A stretch of 53,247 bases of DNA, taken from contig DASUUR010000050.1 of assembly GCA_036373975.1 (NCBI GenBank), positions 1 through 53,247 of the forward strand. Reading direction: 5' to 3'. Origin of the DNA: Candidatus Saccharimonadales bacterium (lineage in GTDB: Bacteria; Patescibacteriota; Saccharimonadia; Saccharimonadales; Saccharimonadaceae). The translations under genes and the position numbers were made by a program. Under the pieces are notes generated by a model. It was not told the origin of the DNA. It ran no database searches and saw nothing but the letters and a program-made list of their open reading frames with translations. Shown piece by piece: positions 37,583 to 44,763 of the stretch; position 1 is the first letter of the stretch; each line of letters starts with the position of its first letter.

Positions 37583-38563
37583 ATGGAGCAAGAGCGAACT
37601 GATATTTTCCTGTGGGCAAATAATACTGATGCAATCAAGAATGAGCTTGATGTCGAGTTCTTTCTGTTTAATAAAAATTACACACCGTACACGGCTGGCT
37701 TTAGCGCAGAGCTGAACGCTCAAATCAAGCCTCTCTTTTTGTTTGAGCTTATGAACTTTGTCGCCAAAGGCGCTGGAATGGGCCTAAGTGTGCGCGAGTT
37801 TGAGATGAGTGAGACTGAAGAAAATGTACTGCTGCGTACGGAGCTCACCAAGGTGGGGCGTGCCGAAACTCTTATTCATACTATCGAGCATTCACGTTCC
37901 GAAATTGTACCGTTCTCGGAGCAAGATCATGAGTTCAAGCGACTGAAAGGGGTCGTTGCTCGTTTCTCGTATCAGAATAAACAGCATTTTTATGTTGTTA
38001 AGCTGCTGCAGCAGTCGCAGGTGTTGAAAGGCGCGACAGCCTGGGAGTTTACCGAGGGCAGTTTCCGGCCGTTTGTAGCCGATGCAGGACTAAAAATGCC
38101 GCCAGATAATCAAGTGCTTATTATTGATCGAGATATTTTTGTGTTCAGTCAGAGTAAATTTGAGCGACTGTTTGATTATGATTACAAAAAACAGGCACTT
38201 GCCGAAAAGAAAGCCAAAGAAATCTCAGCCAATTTCTCATTAAGCTTCCCTGAGGGCATGGACCTGCAAAGCCTTGTGCGTGAGCGTAAAAAGACTGTCA
38301 ATAAGCTTCAGAAGCTAGACCCAGCGCTCATAAAGCAAGATCAATTACTGGAACATGCCGATGAAATGGGCTTGGAGCTCATGGTTGATGATGCGGGCGC
38401 CATAATTATTATGGATGGCAATGATTTGGACATTTTTGTGAATCTTTTGAACGATGACTACGTGACCAGTGATGTAACCGGAATCCGCTACGAGATAAAA
38501 AGTAAGAAATCACTTGACGAAACCTCGGGTGAGCCGGATGCGCCTGCCCAGCTAGCGCAGTAG
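37583..38563 (+). CDS. DUF4868-like protein (KwaB-like, Kiwa anti-phage component family)
   Basis: 326 aa. From memory, the central pattern (LKGVVARFSY..HFYVVKLL..VLKG...VLIIDRDIFVFSQSKFERLF) and the C-terminal LLNDDYVTSDVTGIRYE resemble DUF4868. This is not verified by search. Confidence 0.5.
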   Translation: MEQERTDIFLWANNTDAIKNELDVEFFLFNKNYTPYTAGFSAELNAQIKPLFLFELMNFVAKGAGMGLSVREFEMSETEENVLLRTELTKVGRAETLIHTIEHSRSEIVPFSEQDHEFKRLKGVVARFSYQNKQHFYVVKLLQQSQVLKGATAWEFTEGSFRPFVADAGLKMPPDNQVLIIDRDIFVFSQSKFERLFDYDYKKQALAEKKAKEISANFSLSFPEGMDLQSLVRERKKTVNKLQKLDPALIKQDQLLEHADEMGLELMVDDAGAIIIMDGNDLDIFVNLLNDDYVTSDVTGIRYEIKSKKSLDETSGEPDAPAQLAQ

Positions 38564-38618
38564 TCACCAGAATAAGATATACTAACTACGGCTGTCTTCG
38601 AAGGGTGTAAGGAGTGGC

Positions 38619-38984
38619 ATGGAGCCAATCGAAACTTTGCTTGTCCGTTTCAATCTGACACAGCAGATGCTTCAGGGCGTGCCCGCCGAAAAACTGCAGC
38701 TCAGGCGGGTCAAAGAGCTTAAGGAGCTGGCCCTGAACGATCAGGCGGCGCTTTCGCTTGCATTTGCACAACTGGTGTTGGCAAGCGCGGCCTGCGGCAA
38801 CCCCGTGGTGATGCAATACGTTGAACAGCTGACGCCGTTCTTCTCGGCGCAACCTTGGTACAACCCGACGGTGGCGATGGATATCGAGTTGCCACTGCCC
38901 GAAGAAGCTTGCCTCAGGGTTGCGGAATGCCTTGAGCAGGCTATTGCTAGCTACACCAAGCTGTACGCACGGCTGGCGACCTAA
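38619..38984 (+). CDS. hypothetical 121-aa helical protein, GC-rich
   Basis: AAGGAG SD, and a GC-rich hairpin follows at 39000..39028. I recognise no motif. Confidence 0.5.
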   Translation: MEPIETLLVRFNLTQQMLQGVPAEKLQLRRVKELKELALNDQAALSLAFAQLVLASAACGNPVVMQYVEQLTPFFSAQPWYNPTVAMDIELPLPEEACLRVAECLEQAIASYTKLYARLAT

Positions 38985-38999
38985 TGCACCATAACGGCC

Positions 39000-39028
39000 G
39001 GGGTCGGTAGGCTATCTCTGCCGACCCC
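39000..39028 (+). terminator. GC-rich hairpin after the 121-aa ORF
   Basis: GGGGTCGGTAG-gctatct-CTGCCGACCCC (11 bp including one G-U pair). No T-run follows. Confidence 0.45.
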
Positions 39029-39094
39029 AATCAATCTGTTGTAAATTATATCAAAAACTCTAGTACTTGGGCGACTTACGGTTACAATAACAAT

Positions 39095-40639
39095 ATGGAT
39101 CAAGCGCTTGCATTAGAGGTGATGACGGCTGGAGAGCATGTCTTTTTAACGGGGCCGGCAGGGTCGGGGAAGACATATGTGCTCAACGAATTTATTCGCC
39201 GTGCCAAGAGCGACGGTAAATACGTGGCTGTCACTGCAACTACCGGCCTCGCTGCAACGCACTTGGGCGGAGCAACAATTCATGCCTGGAGCGGTATGGG
39301 CATTCACGACGAATTACCGGCGAAGTTTTTTGAGCATATGCCAAAGGGGCGACGTGAAATTATAGAAAAAACCGATATTTTGATTATTGACGAGGTATCG
39401 ATGCTCCACGATTTTCGCCTAGATGTCATTAATCAAATCGCAAAAGGCGTTCGCAAGAATGATGCGCCTTTTGGGGGGATACAGATTATCCTGTGTGGCG
39501 ATTTTTTTCAATTGCCGCCAGTAAATCGTGCTGATAGTCGGGCCGGTGGGTTTGTTGTGCATGCTGCCGCCTGGAAGGAGCTGGAGCCGGTCATCTGCTA
39601 TTTGCATGAACAGCATCGCCAAGAAGATGAGAAACTGCTCACAATTCTTAACGCGCTCCGTGCCGGCGATATTCGCCGCCACCACGCCGAAGCACTGCTG
39701 AATCGGGTTAATGCTCAGCTATCCGGGGTGGCAGACGTAACAGAGCTCCATACTGTCAATATCGACGTCGATCGCATTAATACCGCACGCCTCGAACAGC
39801 TGCCAGGTGATGAAGTTGTCTACACCATGGAGACAACAGGCTCGCAGAATTATGTTGATACCCTCAAGCGTTCTTGCTTGGCCCCCGAGGAGCTCCGTTT
39901 GCGCAAAGGCGCATTAGTAATGTGTATTAAAAACAGTAGCGAGCGCAAATACGTCAACGGCTCTATTGGCACGGTTATAGATTTCGAGCCGGCCACTAAC
40001 TTTCCGATTGTAAAATTACGTAGCGGTAAGACTCTTACTATGCAACCAGAAAGCTGGGAGCTGCGGGATGGCACTAAAAAGCGCGCATCGCTAAGCCAGA
40101 TCCCACTCCGGCTAGCTTGGGCGATAACTGTGCATAAAAGCCAGGGTATGACGCTCGACGCGGCTCAGATTGATCTAGGCAAGGCGTTTGTTGAAGGTAT
40201 GGGCTATGTGGCCCTGAGCCGTGTGCGGCAACTTGACTCGCTAAGCCTGAGCGGCATTAACAAAATGGCGCTCAAGGTAAGTGCTGATGCTCTGGCTATT
40301 GATACAGAGTTGCGGCAAAAAGCGCAGCAAGATGCTGAAAGGTTTGCGCATTTGCGTGAACAGGCCAAGAAACGTGCTGCAGCGCCCGCCAAAAAGAAAA
40401 CTGCTGCCGGCAGCTGGGCGGCCAAAATCGAGAAGATGCGCGAGACCTATCCAAATGCTTACAAGCCTTGGCTTGACACTGATGATGTTTTGCTTAAAGA
40501 AAACTTCTTACAGGGCAGGAACGTCGCGGAGCTCAGTAAGCTCTTGGGCCGTCACGAAAACTCCATAACCATGCGCCTCCAGAAGCACTTTGGTGAGGAT
40601 GTCGTGCCCCAGGTCGCGCAGGCAAAAAACCATGACTGA
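39095..40639 (+). CDS. Pif1/RecD-family SF1B DNA helicase with C-terminal HTH domain
   Basis: GPAGSGKTY Walker A, IIDEVSML Walker B, FFQLPPV, AITVHKSQGMTLD, and a C-terminal helix-turn-helix-like tail (NVAELSKLLGRHENSITMRLQK). Confidence 0.85.
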   Translation: MDQALALEVMTAGEHVFLTGPAGSGKTYVLNEFIRRAKSDGKYVAVTATTGLAATHLGGATIHAWSGMGIHDELPAKFFEHMPKGRREIIEKTDILIIDEVSMLHDFRLDVINQIAKGVRKNDAPFGGIQIILCGDFFQLPPVNRADSRAGGFVVHAAAWKELEPVICYLHEQHRQEDEKLLTILNALRAGDIRRHHAEALLNRVNAQLSGVADVTELHTVNIDVDRINTARLEQLPGDEVVYTMETTGSQNYVDTLKRSCLAPEELRLRKGALVMCIKNSSERKYVNGSIGTVIDFEPATNFPIVKLRSGKTLTMQPESWELRDGTKKRASLSQIPLRLAWAITVHKSQGMTLDAAQIDLGKAFVEGMGYVALSRVRQLDSLSLSGINKMALKVSADALAIDTELRQKAQQDAERFAHLREQAKKRAAAPAKKKTAAGSWAAKIEKMRETYPNAYKPWLDTDDVLLKENFLQGRNVAELSKLLGRHENSITMRLQKHFGEDVVPQVAQAKNHD

Positions 40640-41390
40640 GCGATATCGTCCGATACCGGATGTACTTCGTGAGCCGGGCTATTTTGAGCAACGCGAGATC
40701 GCTGAAACAAATCGCTTAATTGATGCAATAATGATCCCAGCCCATGAACGTTGCGGCAATCCATCAGTGGCAAGCGTCCTGCACAACAAAGGCTTACGGC
40801 GGGTCACCTCGACTGCTACCGTGCAGCAAGAAAATGGCGAGAGCTATTTAGAGCGGACGTCCTTCGTGAGCGCCCCCGACCAGCTATCATTTCCTGAGCG
40901 ATATATTTTTACGGTAGGTTACGAGAAACGGAATCTGATTGCAAAAACCGATCTTGCACCAGGGATCAGGGGCTATATAAGCGGGGCGTTCGAGCAGCAG
41001 TATTCACAAGGCGTTATAACACCCGAGCAGATTATGCATATTCGCGAGACTATGGATGTATGGTATGTCGAGAGAGATCTCTATACTATTCGGCCCGACC
41101 AGCAAGTGCAGCGTGGATTCTCAGTCCGGGCCGAGGTGCGCCACGCGGATACCCAGCAGAGAATGGGGGTGGGGTATGATACCGCCTGGATAGCCGGTTC
41201 CGAGAACGATATTACAGACCCGACACTCATTGGCGATGCAGAGCTAGTGCCGCTCCGCTCAGATCTTAACGAGGGCCTGCTCCTTGGCGCCAATACCTAC
41301 CACGAAGCCCGCATACTTCATTCACTCTTGCGACTAAAACTCATTACCGAAGATGAGGTGCGCCGCTATGCCGGACCGGATGTTACGTAG
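40632..41390 (+). CDS. hypothetical 252-aa protein translationally coupled to the helicase
   Basis: The ATG at 40632 overlaps the helicase stop by 8 nt (ATGACTGA). I recognise no motif. Confidence 0.55.
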   Translation: MTERYRPIPDVLREPGYFEQREIAETNRLIDAIMIPAHERCGNPSVASVLHNKGLRRVTSTATVQQENGESYLERTSFVSAPDQLSFPERYIFTVGYEKRNLIAKTDLAPGIRGYISGAFEQQYSQGVITPEQIMHIRETMDVWYVERDLYTIRPDQQVQRGFSVRAEVRHADTQQRMGVGYDTAWIAGSENDITDPTLIGDAELVPLRSDLNEGLLLGANTYHEARILHSLLRLKLITEDEVRRYAGPDVT

Positions 41391-42261
41391 TCTTTCGTGA
41401 TTTCTTTTTAAAACCAAGTGGGCTTCCAAGCTGGGCAACTCGCAATGTGCCATCAGTAATTATATGTACGCCAAAGGTCTGGCCCCGAAACTGAAGGCGA
41501 TGTCCGGAGCTCACCGTTTCAATTCGACGAACTTTGTTAACTGCCTCGAGCGTAGCAATTAAAAAGTCGCGTTCGCGGGTTGTGTCGCTGTCAATTTGGT
41601 GGGTAATTTGTAAATTTCGCATCCGAAAAGCGAAGGGCGCAATGTCATGGGTCGCGGCACCAATCCAAACTTCTCGGCGCCCTTGTACAAAGTTGTGAAA
41701 CACTTTTTTCCAAAAGCTCTGATGCGCGGATTCTTGTTCCTCTTGACGTAATCGCCAGAACCGCACGTGGTGCCGGTGTCGCGGCGTGGGCGGGTTGCCC
41801 TCCTGAATTTGGAAGCCGATGTCCTGGCGTCGATCAAACAAATACAGGCTACTAAATGGAGCAGTCGGGTAGGCTGTGTTGCAAATGGTCGCTATCGCCA
41901 TCCTTATTGCGCTGCGCAGCGTTACTTTGTCTGCCTGAGTCCAGCCTGCCGCTTCCATACTACGGATAAGCTGTTTTTCAGATCGGCACACAAGCGCGAT
42001 ATTCACTGGGTCTGAAGCCCAGCCGTCAGAGGTTGTTGCATATACGGGAATATGCTGCGGTTTAATCGCCACGCGCCATACGCGTACAATCCCAGGTATG
42101 GCCACGTAGGCAATCCAAACATACAGCATAATCAGCACAAGCAGAGTGGGGAATTGGTGGTCAAGAATAGGAAGCAACATAAAAAATGTCGCATACGCTA
42201 CAATTAATGCAATTATAAACACCACGATTCGCCATAAGATGCGAAACACCAATCCAAACAT
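41383..42261 (-). CDS. LssY C-terminal domain-like membrane protein
   Basis: Two N-terminal TM helices, then the DGWASDPVNIALV ... APFSSLYLFDRRQDIGFQ ... RHHVRFW pattern. The internal ATG at 42261 is preferred because the longer ORF would overlap the divergent GH1 promoter and start. Confidence 0.6.
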   Translation of the reverse strand: MFGLVFRILWRIVVFIIALIVAYATFFMLLPILDHQFPTLLVLIMLYVWIAYVAIPGIVRVWRVAIKPQHIPVYATTSDGWASDPVNIALVCRSEKQLIRSMEAAGWTQADKVTLRSAIRMAIATICNTAYPTAPFSSLYLFDRRQDIGFQIQEGNPPTPRHRHHVRFWRLRQEEQESAHQSFWKKVFHNFVQGRREVWIGAATHDIAPFAFRMRNLQITHQIDSDTTRERDFLIATLEAVNKVRRIETVSSGHRLQFRGQTFGVHIITDGTLRVAQLGSPLGFKKKSRKTT

Positions 42262-42301
42262 ACAGCCTATTGTACCTGACACTGGCGTATAATAGGAAAG
42301 C

Positions 42302-43567
42302 ATGAGTCAGAAAACATCTCTACCATTTACATTTCCAAAAAGATTTCTCTGGGGCGCATCAGTCAGCGCTCATCAAGTTGAAGGCGGTAATCACAATCAG
42401 TGGTCAGTGTGGGAGCTCGAAAATGCCAAGAGCCTTGCCAAGCAAGCCGAGTACAAACAAACCGGGTTGCCAAACTGGAGCAGAATAAAAAAACAAGCCA
42501 CGACACCTGAGAACTATATATCAGGTAAGGCGTCGAACCACTATGACGACTACAGGCAGGATTTTGCCTGGGTCAAAAAGCTTAATATGAATGCTTTTCG
42601 CTTTAGCATTGAATGGTCGCGTATCGAGCCCGAAGAAGGCCGCTGGAATCCCGAGGCGATTGCCCACTACAAAAAATATGTCAAAACACTCAAAGCCAAT
42701 AAGATTGAGCCAGTTATTACGCTGTTTCACTTTACACTGCCCGTATGGTTCGCTCAGAAAGGTGGTTTTGAAAAACGTGCAAATATAAAGTATTTTGTGC
42801 GGTTTGCCGAGAAAGTATTGAGTGAGGTTGGCGCCGATGTTCGCTACGTCGTGACTATTAACGAGCCAGAAGTATTTGCCATGCAGGGATGGCTCGAAGG
42901 CACCTGGCCGCCTAACAAAACCAGTAAATGGCAAGCCTTAAGGGTGTATGTTAATCTCGCCGTGGCTCACAACAGAGTTGCCAAAATGGCACAGGGCATG
43001 AGTCGACGCTTTAAAATTGGCCTTAGCAAAAATTGCGCTCATCATTACCCTGGTGACGACGCTTGGGTGACTCGGGCGACGGCTCGACTGGCGCAATGGG
43101 GGGCGGATTATTTCTTTTTGAATCTTGTAAAGCAACGCCTGGATTGGCTTGGCGTCAACTATTATTTCTCGTACCGATATTACGGCTACCGTATTCATAA
43201 CCCCGAGAACATTCCGCTAAGCGATTTGGGCTGGACTATGGAACCGGGGAATATTCAGCCTGTGGTTGAGCGGTTGTATGCGAAATACGGCATCCCGGTT
43301 ATGGTTACAGAAAATGGTCTAGCTGACGCAACCGATGAAGAGCGTCAGTGGTGGCTAACCCATACGTTAAGTGCGCTGCACAAAGCCCACAAAAATGGGG
43401 TGGAACTGCTTGGGTATATGCACTGGAGCTTGCTTGATAACTTTGAATGGGCGTACGGCCGGTGGCCACGGTTTGGCCTACTAGAAGTCGACTACAAAAC
43501 AGGGGAGCGCACTCCCCGCAAAAGTGCCATTTGGCTGGCTGCAGTGATCAAGAAATTGCGAAGCTAA
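42302..43567 (+). CDS. glycoside hydrolase family 1 (beta-glucosidase-like)
   Basis: FRFSIEWSRIEP, TINEP (acid/base Glu), VTENG (nucleophile Glu), WSLLDNFEW. Confidence 0.9.
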   Translation: MSQKTSLPFTFPKRFLWGASVSAHQVEGGNHNQWSVWELENAKSLAKQAEYKQTGLPNWSRIKKQATTPENYISGKASNHYDDYRQDFAWVKKLNMNAFRFSIEWSRIEPEEGRWNPEAIAHYKKYVKTLKANKIEPVITLFHFTLPVWFAQKGGFEKRANIKYFVRFAEKVLSEVGADVRYVVTINEPEVFAMQGWLEGTWPPNKTSKWQALRVYVNLAVAHNRVAKMAQGMSRRFKIGLSKNCAHHYPGDDAWVTRATARLAQWGADYFFLNLVKQRLDWLGVNYYFSYRYYGYRIHNPENIPLSDLGWTMEPGNIQPVVERLYAKYGIPVMVTENGLADATDEERQWWLTHTLSALHKAHKNGVELLGYMHWSLLDNFEWAYGRWPRFGLLEVDYKTGERTPRKSAIWLAAVIKKLRS

Positions 43568-43607
43568 GACTATTGGTAGTGTAACAGTCAAACACATTGC
43601 ATAATAG

Positions 43608-43636
43608 TTGACATAATAAACTACTTATGCTAATAT
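43608..43636 (+). promoter_or_regulatory. sigma70-type promoter (TTGACA-17 nt-TAATAT) 9 nt upstream of the ATG at 43646
   Basis: Direct sequence match. Confidence 0.5.
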
Positions 43637-43645
43637 GAATGTATT

Positions 43646-43870
43646 ATGAAAGAAAACACAAAAAAAGCGACAAACTCAACTAAGAACACAGAGAAAGCAA
43701 CTAAACAGACGGTCTTTGATACTGCAGTCAACGACCACACCTTTAACGATTTTAAAAACGCAGCTTTGCTCGTCTCAGTATTTATTAATGTCTTTGTCTT
43801 TACGGCATGGATAACCTTGCAGGTCACCGACCGATACAATGCGCAAGTCGTTTCATTACTGCTAGGCTGA
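43646..43870 (+). CDS. hypothetical small single-TM protein (74 aa)
   Basis: Lys/Thr-rich N-terminus and one hydrophobic helix, bracketed by a strong promoter and terminator. Confidence 0.5.
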   Translation: MKENTKKATNSTKNTEKATKQTVFDTAVNDHTFNDFKNAALLVSVFINVFVFTAWITLQVTDRYNAQVVSLLLG

Positions 43871-43886
43871 TCAGTTCAAACGTTGT

Positions 43887-43919
43887 AAAAAATCCACAGT
43901 TGTAGGCTGTGGATTTTTT
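43887..43919 (+). terminator. rho-independent terminator
   Basis: AAAAAATCCACAG-ttgtagg-CTGTGGATTTTTT. Confidence 0.8.
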
Positions 43920-43941
43920 ATGCACACTGTTAACTCCCGAG

Positions 43942-43987
43942 TTATCCCCATAACTGTGGATAACCGTTCTAGCGGGTATGTGGAAAA
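43942..43987. promoter_or_regulatory. cluster of DnaA-box-like 9-mers
   Basis: TTATCCCCA (43942..43950, 8/9), TGTGGATAA (43955..43963, a perfect reverse TTATCCACA), TGTGGAAAA (43979..43987, 8/9). Confidence 0.35.
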
Positions 43988-43993
43988 CTAATT

Positions 43994-44053
43994 TTGGGTA
44001 TTGCAGTGGGTAATAGTGGGTATTAAACTGTGTTCAGTGGGTAGCGGTGGGTA
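43994..44053 (+). promoter_or_regulatory. phased GTGGGTA direct-repeat array, putative MraZ operator
   Basis: TTGGGTA at 43994 and GTGGGTA at 44006, 44016, 44037 and 44047, giving spacings of 12, 10, 21 and 10 bp. The array lies directly upstream of mraZ. MraZ operators in other bacteria are GTGGG-type direct repeats at about 10-bp phasing. Confidence 0.6.
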
Positions 44054-44109
44054 ACACCGCAGAACAAAATAAAAACCACGAACGTAAAAATAACTACTCA
44101 CAGGATATG

Positions 44110-44466
44110 GCAACGCTAGACTATTTTGAACGCAAGCTAGATGAGAAGCGTCGGTTAACTATACCGGCTGAGCTTCGAGTTGAGCTCGCGAGCGGAGTAG
44201 TCGTTACCCAGGGCTTTGGAGACTATCTTCATCTCTACCCAAAACAGGTATGGGATAAAGAGGTTGAACCAGCGCTCACCGGCAGCATCCTCGACGAAAA
44301 GGTCGCAGACCTTAACGTTCGCTTCCGAATGGGAAAGACCGAGGCCTCTCTGGATATGAAACAGGGCCGAGTGACGATCGAGCAGCACCTTCTCGATTAC
44401 GCGCACATCGACAAAAATATCCGGGCTGTGAGAGCCGGTGCATACTGGCGACTTATGGCAGCATAA
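44110..44466 (+). CDS. mraZ: transcriptional regulator MraZ
   Basis: Two DxxxR-type repeats (LDEKRRLTIPAEL and DMKQGRVTIEQHL). The ATG at 44110 gives a canonical N-terminal length. The ORF-track GTG at 44047 lies inside the repeat array. Confidence 0.85.
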   Translation, partial: ATLDYFERKLDEKRRLTIPAELRVELASGVVVTQGFGDYLHLYPKQVWDKEVEPALTGSILDEKVADLNVRFRMGKTEASLDMKQGRVTIEQHLLDYAHIDKNIRAVRAGAYWRLMAA

Positions 44467-44527
44467 GTGAGTAATTACGGCACATTAACAACTTGGCAAC
44501 AACAGATAGCGAACTAGGGAACAACTC

Positions 44528-44761
44528 TCGAGGTCAGCTATCTGGTAGTCAGGGTGGACATATACGACCACCACTTATAAAATGGTCGTGGAACCTTCCT
44601 TAACACACCTCCCAAAACTCCACCTCACACATAAGTCTCTCACTCGTTGTAATCTTGATGAGTTGCTTTCGTAGCAGCCCTCTAAAAACGTATTACAACA
44701 CCACAAAAACAAAAATTTTCGAATAAAAACAAACATCTGACTACCAGATAGGTGACCTCGA
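44528..44761. repeat. 25-bp inverted repeat (1 mismatch) enclosing a 184-nt C/A-rich spacer between mraZ and rsmH
   Basis: The left arm TCGAGGTCAGCTATCTGGTAGTCAG (44528..44552) is near-complementary to the right arm CTGACTACCAGATAGGTGACCTCGA (44737..44761). Confidence 0.85.
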
Positions 44762-44763
44762 CT

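Noticed and set aside
43887-44053. Chromosomal replication origin (oriC), suggested by the DnaA-box cluster
   Set aside because: Gene orientation is plus-strand on both sides, so there is no strand switch. No dnaA or dnaN is nearby and there is no obvious AT-rich unwinding element. The boxes are kept as a possible regulatory cluster only.
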